Shown here: positions 49,083-60,578 of the stretch, in pieces
Position numbering within the stretch: position 1 is the stretch's first letter
Layout: every line of letters begins with the position of its first letter
Assembly: GCA_038087875.1 (NCBI GenBank)
Contig: CM075982.1
Location: 60,512,001 to 60,576,000, forward strand
DNA: 64,000 nt
Source: Malacoraja senta
Taxonomy: Eukaryota
Direction: 5' to 3'
Translations under genes and position numbers: made by a program
The notes under the pieces: model-generated
What the model was told of the DNA's origin: nothing
The model's database searches: none
What the model saw: the letters and a program-made list of their open reading frames with translations, nothing else

Positions 49083-50389
49083 TAGCCAGATGCTGTAAAA
49101 AAAAATGCAATTTTAACTGCTAATATGTACACCTGCCATTTTTTTTTAATTTCTAATGAATTCAAGTCTTGAGCTAGCAAAAATTTGGCAGTGCCATATT
49201 TATCAAGGATCTTCTTCCATATGAGTCATGCCATTCTGATCATTTCTACATGGAGCAAAATGAGCATCAGTAACATTGATGATGCCAACAGATTTTATAA
49301 ATTCTAAATTACTCTCCATGCTTAAAATCTACATTTGTTTTCTTATGTATTCTGGATATTATGTGCCTTACTTATTCACTTTAATATTCTCAATATGATA
49401 TGCCCTTGTTGACATTCTGGATGAAGTACATAGCCTGGTTTATGCAAGATGGACGGCTGAATCATGAGCAGTCGCTTTTCAAATTGGTTTAATCTCTGTG
49501 GGAATCCTGGTAAAATTGATTCTTCCATGGATAATGTCAAAGGAAGAATCAATTTTACTCTTGGACAAGAAGCCAACAATCTCTCCTTTCTCTTTCACTT
49601 CGGGCTGAGGTACATTTAAATTATTTTTAATGCTGGACCTCTGCCATTTGTTGGCTTCTTAAGTAGATGGTCTTCCTTGGCTCCACTTTTCCATTGCTCT
49701 TTGGAGGCTTTGATGTAGGTCACCTTATATTCCTGATACCTGGTCAGGGATGCCTACCAACTCTTCAAATGGCCTTGCACATATTCTAATGTTCACTTTC
49801 GTCCAATCCGGTCAGAAAACATTCAGTTTAAGTCATACTCAGCTGCCCTTCTGTCCTTGTCAAGTTAACTTCCTTGAGTACGTTTAGCATTAACAGACAA
49901 TGACAGCAGTAACTCAAAGAGTAAACTCCTTGTTAATGTTGGGTATATGCCAAAAACCAGGCAATAAATACCTCATCTCAGTCATTGAAATTCTGCTTGT
50001 GCACATCTTTGATATCAGTTTGACGTCAAGCTTGTCACCCAGCTTGTTTGCTTGAGGATAGTACGGTGAAATTTAAGTTGTTTTGTTTGACAGGATTTCC
50101 ATAAATAAATGATTACCTGAAATTTGAAGTTAGTATTTGCATTGGACAAAACTCTGCTGGGAAGAAAATCTAGAGACTATTTCTAATAGTACTTATTGGT
50201 TGTGGGATGTGTGCCATAGACCAAGAGTTATCGAATGTAGGTACCAAGATTCATGCCTAGTTTACCATGGTTAATGTGTATAATTTCCATAACCAAGGTA
50301 TAACCAGTATATGACCTATGCTATGCATACAAACACGAAAGATTAAATAAAGTGGTCAGTGTTTGTCACAAACTATTAGTTGATTGATT

Positions 50390-50890
50390 GCAAGATACAG
50401 CATGGAAACAGGCCCTTCATCCCATCGAGTTCATGCTGACCATCGATCGCCCGTGCACTCCAGTTCTATGTTATCTCACTTTTGTATCCACTTGCTACAC
50501 ATTTGGGGGCAATTTACAGAGGCCAATTAACCTGCACAACTTTGGGACGTGGGAAGAAACTGAAGCACTGAACGGGGGAAACCTTCGTGGTCACAGGGAG
50601 AATGTGCAAACTCCACACAGACAACATCCAAGGTCAGGATCGAATCCAGGTCTCTGGCAGTGTGAGGCAGCAGCTCTACCAAATCCGCCACCGTGCCACC
50701 CCATGATCCACAGTTTTACCCATTGGGTGATATTACTGATACATCTGAAAAAAAACAAAAAAACAGGCATAGTTTTGAACATGAATAGCCAGATACAGAC
50801 TCCACACAGACAGCACAGAAGGTGAGGATCAAACCCTAGTTGCTGGAGCTGTGAGGCAGCAGCTCTACTTTCTCTACCACTGTGTCACCC
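50390..50890 (-). mobile_element. HE1-type V-SINE (50390-50700) plus a second partial head (50790-50890)
   Basis: Reverse tail, V-domain and two tRNA-like heads (gtgaggcagcagctctac). Confidence 0.85.
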
Positions 50891-51055
50891 CTGCTCCGTA
50901 ATAGAGCCCCAATTAACATGAAAACGGGCCCTTAACCCACCCAGTCCACACTCATCATTAAACACTCATTCATGCCAATCCTATTTTATTCTGTTCACAT
51001 TACCTAATGTTACCATGCACTAACATTCTAGTTTAAAGGAAGTATATATACTGAC

Positions 51056-51271
51056 AGTAGAGAAAAATGCTGGAGGAACTCAGCGGGTGAGGCAGCATCT
51101 ATGGAGAGAAGGAATAGGCAATGTTTCAGGTCGAGACCTCTGAAGAAGGGTCTCAACCCGAAACATCGGCAATTCCTTCTCTCCACAGATGCTGCCTCAT
51201 CCGCTGAGTTCCTCCAGCATTTTTCTCTACCTTCGATTTTTCCAGCATCTGCAGTTCTTTCTTAAACATTT
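51056..51271. mobile_element. Palindromic Penelope-derived element
   Basis: Perfect 13-bp TSD tatatatactgac at 51043-51055 and 51272-51284; core ctgaagaagggtctcaacccgaaacatc at 51140. Confidence 0.88.
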
Positions 51272-51289
51272 TATATATACTGACGTTAT

Positions 51290-51515
51290 TTTTACAGAGT
51301 AAGAGCAGGGTGCCTGGTACGTGCTGCCGGAGAGAGTGATTGAAGCAGATACGATAGCAAGGTTTAAGAGGCATTTAGACAGAAACGAGAACAGGCAGGG
51401 AATTTAGAGATAAACCGCGTGAAGATAGATGCGTAGTTTAAATTGGCATCATTTTTGGCACAGATGTGGGCCAAAGGGCATAGTCCTGTGCTGTTTTATT
51501 GTATGTTCTATGATT
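51290..51515 (+). mobile_element. CR1 3' tail fragment
   Basis: gaagcagatacgatagcaaggtttaagaggcatttagacag...gtgggccaaagggc. Confidence 0.8.
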
Positions 51516-51559
51516 CCCAGAAAAAACAGACACTTAAAAAAGCACAGTACTGGGGGTGG

Positions 51560-51940
51560 CGTTTATCATATTGTTTACAGTGTACTATGTTTACATATTC
51601 TGTTGTGCTGCAGTAAGTAAGAATTGCATTGTTCTATATAATAATAACAATAATAATAATGAATTTTATTTACGGGCGCCTTATACCGAGGTCTCAAGGA
51701 CACCTTATAGAGATTTATAGGAAACATATAATCAGAATTAAAAAAAAAAAAGTTATAAAGACCAATACACAAATCAGGGACAGAATTCCTTCCAAAAACA
51801 CAAAAAAGAAAATCAGAAACACAATTTGAGGAGAGAGCAGCGGCAACGAAACCGCGCCAGCGTCCACTCTCCCCTCCGACCGACCGGACATTGTCATATG
51901 TCCCATATATGGGACATATGACAATAAAACACTCTTGACT
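51560..51940 (+). mobile_element. Rex1-like tail split by a short insertion
   Basis: The two halves join to match 46175-46275. Confidence 0.7.
51640..51889 (-). mobile_element. Short L2-tailed non-autonomous element
   Basis: Minus strand ends ggtgtccttgagacctcggtataaggcgcccgtaaataaaattc(att)n, an L2-type tail; CpG-rich head without tRNA boxes. Confidence 0.6.
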
Positions 51941-52649
51941 TGGAGAAAATGTATCTGCCTTCCTGACTTAAAGGCGTGGGGAATGTTTTCCCTTGGAGAG
52001 GAAGGTGTGAACAACCAGCTTTAAAAAAAGGCACTTAGCTGTAGTATCTTTTCTGAATGACTTGAAGTGTTGCCTTTGGGGTATCCCCCTGAATGGACAG
52101 TTTATCTATGTTACATGTGCTCCACTGGGTTCCAGTGGCTTTTGACTTTTAACTAGATATTCAAACAAATAGAAAACTTTCTCATCAATAATCAGAGGGA
52201 TGTTTAAGTGTTTGTACGAGTAACATGGAAGATGTGCAAAAAAGTACAGTAGATGCTGGTGATTTAAAATATTAAAAATACACAGCATGGCAAAAACCAT
52301 TTGCACAGAGGGAAACAGATTTAATGTTTAAGGTCAATACCCTTTAAATTTGAATAAAAGATCATCCATTTGAAACTTTTTTTCTCCACCGCTGCGAGCT
52401 TTTTCTGGTTTGCCAAGATTGTTGGCAAAGTAGTAAGAGCATCACAGACGTGACGAGTAGAACAGTGAATAAGAAGCACCCGATGTAATGGGGAAAAGAT
52501 CCATCAGAAAGATGTGAGGAGGCAGTGGACCTGCCACATGGAGCAGTGAACAGAGAGAGTGGAGGAAGGGATTGAAGCATGGAGGTGGAAGGTGGAAGAA
52601 CATGCGTCGGAGGGAGGAGGAGCAAATGGCAAAGAGTGGGAAGTCTAAG

Positions 52650-53390
52650 AAGGGCAGGACCTACACAGTGAATAGCAGGGCCCTGGGGGAGTGTTGTAGA
52701 TTAGTGGGATCTAGGAGTGCAGATACATAGTTCCTTGAAAGTGGCTTCACAGGTAGACAGGGTGGTCCAAAAGGCTTTCAGCACTTTGGCCTTCATCAGT
52801 CAGAATATTGAGTATAGTAGTTAGGAGGTCAAGTTGCAGTTATATTAGACATTGGTGAGGACACATTTAGAGTATTATGTTCAGTTTTGGTGTCCATGTT
52901 ATAGGAAATATGTTGTCAAGCTAGAAAAGATTCAAAGAAGATTTACAAGGATATTGCCAGGTCTTGAGGGCCTGAGCTATAGGGAGAGGTTGAGTAGGCT
53001 AGGACTTTATTCCTTGGAGTGCCGGAGGACTAGGGGTGATCTTGTTGAGATGTACAAGAGCATGAGAGGAATAAATAGGGTAAATGCACAGTATCTTTTA
53101 CCCAGTGTAGAGGAATCGAGAACCAGAGGACATAGGTTTAAGGTGACAGGGGATAAATTTAATAAGTACCTGAGGGGTAACATTTTTATACAAAGGGTGT
53201 TGGGTATATTGAACAAGCTGCCGGAGGAGGTAGTTGAGGCAGGTACTAACATAACGTATAAGAGGTATTGGGACAGATTCATGGATAGGAGAGATTTAGA
53301 GGAATATGGGCCAAGTGCAGGCAGGTGGAACTAGCATGTTGGTCATCATGGGAAAGTTGGGCTGAAGGGCTTGTTTCCATGTTATATGAC
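52650..53390 (+). mobile_element. CR1 LINE 3' part
   Basis: ORF 52852-53334 (VRTHLEYYVQFWCP...RTRGDLVEMYK...YGPSAGRWN) plus tail. Confidence 0.95.
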
Positions 53391-53820
53391 TGAGTGGAGG
53401 AGCAGGAGATAGAGGATTGGGGAGCAAGGGGGTAGTAGATGAAAGAGCAGGGGGCGGAGGATGGGGGAGCGAAAGGGCAGAGGGTGAAGGGGTAATGGAG
53501 CAAGGAGGGAGGCGGTAAGTGAATATCCAAAAACTGTGCATCGATATCTTTTGACATGATTACAATATCAGTCCAATTATGAATTGGTAAGATTTACTTC
53601 TTATAAATGGTCCATGGAAGTGTCTTTGGATTTTAGATCAAGCCGTCATCACAAAGATATTCTGGACCATTGCCTTTGAGATACCAGGCATGTGAAAATT
53701 TGTTAAGACTGAAGTTGTTATTTATTTATTTCAGCCCATGATAGGCTGCAAGCGGATAGAGTAAACCATTCAGTTTGACAGCAGTGCCTCTATCTGCCAA
53801 ATGCTGTCACCTATCTGGTA

Positions 53821-55316
53821 TAGATACATAGATACATAGAAATTAGGTGCAGGAGTAGGCCATTCGGCCCTTCGAGCCTGCACCGCCATTCAATACGATC
53901 ATGGCTGATCATCCAACTCAGTATCCCGTACCTGCCTTCTCTCCATACCCCCTGATCCCTTTAGCCACAAGGGCCACATCTAATTCCCTCTTAAATATAG
54001 CCAATGAACTGGCCTCAACTACCCTCTGTGGCAGAGAGTTCCAGAGATTCACCACTCTCTGTGTGAAAAAGTTTTTCCTCATCTCGGTCTTAAAGGATTT
54101 CCCCCTTATCCTTAAGCTGTGACCCCTTGTCCTGGACTTCCCCAACATCGGGAACAATCTTCCTGCATCTAGCCTGTCCATCCCCATAAGAATCTTGTAC
54201 GTTTCTATAAGATCCCCTCTCAATCTCCTAAATTCTAGCGAGTATAAGCCAAGTCTATCCAGTCTTTCTTCATATGAAAGTCCTGACATCCCAGGAATCA
54301 GTCTGGTGAACCTTCTCTGCACTCCCTCTATGGCTATAATGTCCTTCCTCAGATTTGGAGACCAAAACTGTACGCAATACTCCAGGTGTGGTCTCACCAA
54401 GGCCCTGTACAACTGCAGTAGAACCTCCCTGCTCCTATACTCAAATCCTCTTGCTATGAAGGCCAACATTCCATTCGCTTTCTTCACTGCCTGCTGCACC
54501 TGCATGCCTACTTTCAATGACTGGTGTACCATGACACCCAGGTCTCGCTGCATCTCCCCATTTCCTAATCGGCCACCATTTAGATAATAGTCTGCCTTCC
54601 CGTTTTTGCTACCAAAGTGGATAACCTCACATTTATCCACATTATACTGCATCTGCCAAACATTTGCCCACTCACCCAGCCTATCCAAGTCACCTTGCAG
54701 TCTCCTAGCATCCTCCTCACAGCTAACACTGCTCCCCAGCTTAGTGTCATCCGCAAACTTGGAGATGTTGCTTTCAATTCCCTCGTCCAGATCATTAATA
54801 TAAATTGTAAATAGCTGGGGTCCCAGCACTGAGCCTTGTGGTACCCCACTAGTCACTGCCTGCCATTGTGAAAAGGACCCGTTTACTCCTACTCTTTGCT
54901 TCCTGTTTGCCAGCCAGTTCTCTATCCACATCAATACTGAACCCCCAATACCGTGTGATTTAAGTTTGTATCCTAATCTCTTATGTGGTACCTTGTCGAA
55001 AGCCTTCTGAAAGTCCAGATACAACACATCCACTGGTTCTCCCCTATCCACTCTACTAGTTACATCCTCGAAAAAATCTATAAGATTCGTCAGACACGAT
55101 TTACCTTTCGTAAATCCATGCTGACTTTGTCCAATGATTTCACCACTTTCCAAATGTGCTGCTATCCCATCTTTAATAACTGACTCTAGCAGTTTCCCCA
55201 CTACCGATGTTAGACTAACTGGTCTGTAATTCCCCGTTTTCTCTCTCCCTCCCTTCTTAAAAAGTGGGGTTACGTTTGCTACCCTCCAATCCTCAGGAAC
55301 TACTCCAGAATCTAAA
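53821..55316 (-). mobile_element. Young 5'-truncated CR1 with an uninterrupted RT reading frame
   Basis: Frame open from ~55315 (LDSGVVPEDWRVANVTPLFKKG..GNYRPVSLTS) through QHGF, YLDFQKAFDKV, GVPQGSVLGP and FADD to the stop at 53918; (tctatgta)n tail. Confidence 0.97.
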
Positions 55317-55467
55317 TTGATTTAAATATCAGATAAAATACTTTTCTCACGCCATTACATTATTTTAGACAGTGGGTCTGTGATTCCTGGGGTAATCTAA
55401 ACTCACACACTTTATGCTAAACTGCCATTTGCTGAACCTTCAAAACAACCTATTTCTCCAAATGTAA

Positions 55468-55827
55468 AGGGCCTGTCCCACTAACGCGACTTTTCAGCGA
55501 CTGTCTTCGGCCTTCAAGCTGGAGGGCACTCGCCTGAATAACCTCGAGCTGGATCGACCGTCAGTGATGAAACCGCGACTAAACCTACGAGTAAAAAAAG
55601 ATTGATTTTTTTTCCATGGCGACCTTTTTTCACTCGTGGGCATTTTTCAGCATGTTGAAAAATGAGCCGCGACCTAGCTAAGGCCTCGAGTACACGGGGA
55701 CTACTCTCGAGCATGAAGGAGAATTACAAAGACTTCCTAGGACCTCGTGTCGACCCTGCTACGAGTATGAGTCGAGGGAAAACTCTTTTAAACTCGCCAA
55801 TTAGGTCGCCGCAGTGGGACGGGCCCT
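55468..55827. mobile_element. PIF/Harbinger-type MITE (third subfamily)
   Basis: TIR agggcctgtcccact / agtgggacgggccct; TAA TSD at 55465-55467 and 55828-55830; CpG-rich. Confidence 0.9.
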
Positions 55828-56210
55828 TAAGGGAGTCCTCATCTGTCTTAAGTATTTATGCAGTTGGGAATTTTTGTAAGCAACAGTTCCTTTTACCAAT
55901 ACCTTAATCTCAGGTGCTGAACTGATCTTGCTTGAGCAGCCTTGGCTTTGAGCCACTGTTGTGCCTGAGACCCTATAACATCCAAGAGTTGCTTTTTTGA
56001 GCAGATTAGCCACAATGACCCATCATTCACATTATTTCTCAGCAGTACAGTCGGTGCCCATCCTTTAACCTCAAGCAGTTACTGACTATATGAGTGAACC
56101 ATTCGAGAACATGGATAAGGATTTTTCCCCCCACTAAATTGTTTTATCCAACATGCGGTTTAATGTATGCACAATAATACCTAATCCCAATAACACCCAA
56201 AACAGGCCAC

Positions 56211-56305
56211 ATCAGTCTGAAGAAGGGTTTCGGCCCGAAACGTTGCCTATTTCCTTCACTCCACAGATGCTGCATCACCTGCTGAGTTTCTCCAGCATTT
56301 TTGTC
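56211..56305 (+). mobile_element. Penelope-derived short element
   Basis: atcagtctgaagaagggtttcggcccgaaacgttgcctatt...catttttgtc; possible TSD tacctaatc at 56178-56186 and 56306-56314. Confidence 0.85.
56217..56244 (+). ncRNA. Minimal hammerhead ribozyme motif in TSHZ2 sense orientation
   Basis: CUGAAGA-A-GGGU-UUCG-GCCC-GAAA-CG-UU; all core nucleotides present. Confidence 0.62.
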
Positions 56306-56827
56306 TACCTAATCATTCATTGGTCACCAAAAGAATGCAAATTATTGCAATGCTTTTCAAACACAGTTGCATCCCTGTTCATTCTTTCCAGTTGTCCTGG
56401 GCAAAACATGTGTAAAATGGCATGCTTTTTGGGGAGCACTTGAGCTTTTTTTCAACATACTGTGATCTATTCACCATTGACCTCCATTAAATTATTCCCC
56501 ACTCGGCCCACCTTTATATATTTATAATGGCATCATTATGTTGCTGTTATTTATGGTGGTCGAGGAAAGAGCACAGCAAGCATTGTCAATTTTTGATTTC
56601 GTTTTATAAAAATAAAGGAATTTTAATGCTGATAACCAATGATAAAAATGTGCTGAAAAATATCTATGTTTGGCTTAATGTTATTGGGAATAAACAATTA
56701 GATTTTGTTTCAATCCAATGTAGGATAAAGTTTGCAGTGCCTAGCCTGTGTAATGAGAGGGTTAAATGGAAAAGGAATAAGAAATAGGCCTTGAAATGTG
56801 GACCAGAAGAGTTTTATGAAGACGTGC

Positions 56828-57111
56828 TTAGTTTTTTTTAGTTTAGAGATGCAGCGCGGAAACAGGCCCTTCAGCCCACTGAGTCCGCACCGACCAGCGA
56901 TCCCCACACATTAACACTATCCTACTACTAGGGACAATTTACACATATACCAAGCCAATTAACCTACAAACCTGTACGTCTTTGGAGTGTGGGAGGATAC
57001 CGAAGATCTCGGTCACGGGGAGACAGCACCCATAGTCAGGATCGAACTCGGGTCTCAGGCGATGCAAGTGCTGTAAGGCACCCACTCTACCGCTGCGCCA
57101 CCATGCCGCCC
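56828..57111 (-). mobile_element. HE1-type V-SINE (internal deletions)
   Basis: Reverse tail, V-domain and head ctctaccgctgcgccaccatgccgccc. Confidence 0.92.
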
Positions 57112-58960
57112 AGATTTTGTTTTGTATGTTCAAGCCAATGCTACTCTTCCATTGTTGCTATCCCTTGGCCAAGTTGGCACCTCATCCCAAGAACAATTCA
57201 GTTACAAATGCTGGCAATTAACAATCTAAAACTCCTATTCTAAGATGCACGTTGAAACCTTCTCATCTACCAACGTGAGTCTAACTCCATTAGTGACATT
57301 GTACGAATGCAGCTGCACTGGTTGATAAATTGAATCTCTCGCTAAGTGTTAACATGCCCTTGATTTTCGAAAACTAGGATTGCACTTTATGTATGGTTCT
57401 TACATTACATCTTAGTTTATACATTTGGAATGTGTGCCACTTTGAAGAATGATGCATTGAATTTGTGTGCAATTCAGGCAGTGGTAAAGAAAAAAGGATT
57501 TGTTAATGCTCACACATGCCTGCTTGATGTATTAGAATGGAACATTTTACCAAGTATTCTTAATGCAGGTGAAATAGGCCAATTACCATTATTCCTAATT
57601 ACAAGGGCACTATCTGCAATCAGAGCATCAGGTAAGCAGCCTTCTGCCCTGCATCTTCTATTGATGCTCATTATATGTCCACTGGGAGGCCCGGGAGAAA
57701 TATTTGGATGATTTATGCATATACATATACTTCTTCCTTAAAAAGTGGTGTCCTTTGCTTACAGCTCTTGTGCCTGACAGTCCAGCATTGTGTGAAGGTT
57801 GAAAAAGTGCCCATTAGCTTTGTAACTTGTTAGGCATTTGCTTAGGAGAAAAATTATAATTGTTTCCCTTGCATTTGAGCTGGTTGACAGGTTGAAGATA
57901 ATTGTAGATCTAAATGTCATCATCAGTTGGAGTCTATTCGAAATGCATCAGACTCTCAAATTTCCTTTGAATTGTTAAAAGTAGGATAAAATATATCATT
58001 GGTAATAGTACGGTGTCACAGTCAAGATTAGATGACATTGGTCTTTTGTACAAATAAAAGAGTGTCATTAACCCAGTACTGGTGATGCTGCAGTCTTTCT
58101 ATCCACTGCACGGTTTAAAATGCTATGTGCAGTACCATACAGTAATTCAGTATTCCCTCCAATGGTTCATTGAGATTAACCAGTGCTTACTGACCTTAGC
58201 CAGGGCAAGGATAGATGTATTGTTAAGCCTTGGTAATTTTGGACCGTAGACAAGCTAGATTCACATTCTGTGTGCAGGGATCTCTGCTGGAATGACTTGT
58301 TTGTAAAACTGGATAAGACAAGATCAGGCTTGTCTGTAGTATTCCCGGCAGAGATTGTCAGCAACTATTGTCAAGGGTTATTGATGTGTAGAAGACACTT
58401 GAGTCAGGAGACCAGCAATGGATGGAAAATCACATTTGCCATTTTAGCTTGAATTCGCAATTGGTGCTTCCAATAGGTAAAGCACATATTGGGAAAGCGG
58501 TTTTTTTTTGATTTTTTTAATCACATCTGGAATAGGGTTGGTTTTTAAAATATTTATTTTTTAAATCGCCCCTCCATTTGCAGCAAAATTTGTGTCCCTG
58601 ATAATGAGTGATTACATTTTGTGATTGAACTGTGCTCACTGAGTGTAGCTTCATGCTATGTAAGGTAGTTTATGACGAGCATCCGTGCAAACCAGCCTGT
58701 GCTGCAAAGAAGGTGTACAGATGACCCCTCCTTCACGGCCGATCAGGTTATGGAAATTTGCCCTTAGGAACTCACAAATTGGCACCCAAAGATTGAAGAT
58801 ATGGAATAAAATTTGCTTGGAATTTATATATATATAAAGCCCACAAAATGTATTTTATTTCAACTCGCATTTATTGATGCCTGCACAGTTTCACATTATG
58901 GAAAATTGTGATGCAGACTGTTTTCTAGAAAAGCAACCTCCCCTCAACCCCACCTCACTT

Positions 58961-59200
58961 CAATAGACAATAGGTGCAGGAGTAGGCCATTTGGCCCTTC
59001 GAGCCAGCACCGCCATTCACTGTGATCATGGCAAATCACAGTACCCCGTTCAGTACCCCGTTCCTGCCTTCTCACCATATCCCCTGACTCCGCTATCTTT
59101 AAGAGCTCTATCTAACTCTCTCTTGAAAGCATCCAGAGAATTGGCCTCCACTGCCTTCTGAGGCAGAGAATTCCACAGATTCACAACTCTCTGGGTAAAG
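58961..59200 (-). mobile_element. CR1 3' fragment
   Basis: caatagacaataggtgcaggagtaggcc...; close to 23735-23970. Confidence 0.92.
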
Positions 59201-59279
59201 AACCCAGTACTTTACCCAGTGAGTAACTCTCTGGGTTCCCTTTAATGGGTACGACTGGAGGAAGTGAGAACAGTATTTT

Positions 59280-59950
59280 TACATTGACAATTCTGTAAAT
59301 ACTCGGCAAGTCAAACAGCAATTGTGGAGCAAGAAGCAGAGTCAGTGATCTTTCATCAGCATTGGAGAGCATTGGCGATGAAATAGGTTCTCAGCAAGGA
59401 CAGTTGGGGAAAATTGGCTGGGAAGGAAAGAATGAAAGGATTTTATGATAGGATGAATTTCAGCTTTAGATTTAATGATAAAATAGGTGGTAGTGCAATA
59501 GAGGTGGATTATGGAACAAACAAAAATGATAGAAAAGATGTGTCAAGAGAAGGCGTAAGTGGGAATATCAGAATGATTATCTGAAATTATTCACCTGTTG
59601 TGTTGAATCAGAAGCAATAACCTGCCTGTTTGGAAGATAAGATTGCACACCTTGAGTTTACATTGAGCTTCGCTGGAACATATTAAGAGGCCGAAGATAA
59701 AGGCGCTATTGGTAGTGCAGTGGAGATTTTGACAGGAAATTGGAAATTGTACAATGATGACTTAATGTGCATTTGCATCCCACCTCACACAATATCTATC
59801 TTTCCCTCTTTGCCAACAGCCGACAGTTGAGACAGTATCATGAGCATCATGCATTCTGTGCTAAGTGGAACATAGTACTAGTACTAGTTCCATCCAGGTG
59901 CAGTATTTGGAAAAGGAAATGATAGAAGGACTGGTGTTCCCACCCCAATT
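59280..59950 (-). mobile_element. Decayed Penelope-like element: GIY-YIG endonuclease remnant plus pLTR
   Basis: Minus strand 59702-59601 translates FIFGLLICSSEAQCKLKVCNLIFQTGRL, resembling the PLE GIY-YIG C-terminus (GLL.C..EAQRKL.EQHLIF.LG.L); downstream ctgatgaaagatcactgac (59341-59359) is a hammerhead half-core. Confidence 0.72.
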
Positions 59951-60339
59951 TCCCATGCAAATCCTAAAATAATATGCAAAGCATGTGTTGTACATTGGAA
60001 ACCTTGATACCATAGTGCGATGGTGATTGTGTTGAAGATAGTTAATTGGATTTATTATGATTATGTTGCCAGAACCTATTACATAATTCTAACACAATTT
60101 ATTACCTTCGGCTAATGGTGCTTTTGTCTTAAAGTTGCTGGTGTATATTAGTTGTTTTCTAACAGTTGCAACAACTAGTTTCATTGATCTGATACCAATA
60201 ATTATGTTGTGTAGCATCTTTAATCGATATTCCTTAATTTTAACTGAAGTTTGTCACGGAACCTCAGGTGTAAACCACAGAGTACACCGTTCATTGCCTA
60301 CTGATGTTTAAGAACGGCGAATAAAAAATGAGGGGTGGA

Positions 60340-60578
60340 ACAGCGGTGGAGTTTCTGCCTCACAGCGCCAGAGACCAGAATACGATCCTGACTACGGGTG
60401 CTTGTTTGTATGGAATTTGTATGATCTCCCCGTGTCCATGTGGGTTTTCCCCGGGTGCTCCGGTTTCCTCCCACACTCCAAAGATGTACAGGTTTGTAGG
60501 TTAATTGGCTTCAGTAAAAATTATAAATTGTCCCTGGTGTGTAGGATACTGCTGGTGTACGGGGATCGCTGATCGGCC
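60340..60578 (+). mobile_element. HE1-type V-SINE
   Basis: cagcggtggagtttctgcctcacagcgccagagacc head and V-domain. Confidence 0.9.

Noticed and set aside
53918-55201. 427-aa ORF as a host or domesticated gene
   Set aside because: Ordinary 5'-truncated CR1 ORF2 with its tail; no promoter or own ATG start (GTG call).
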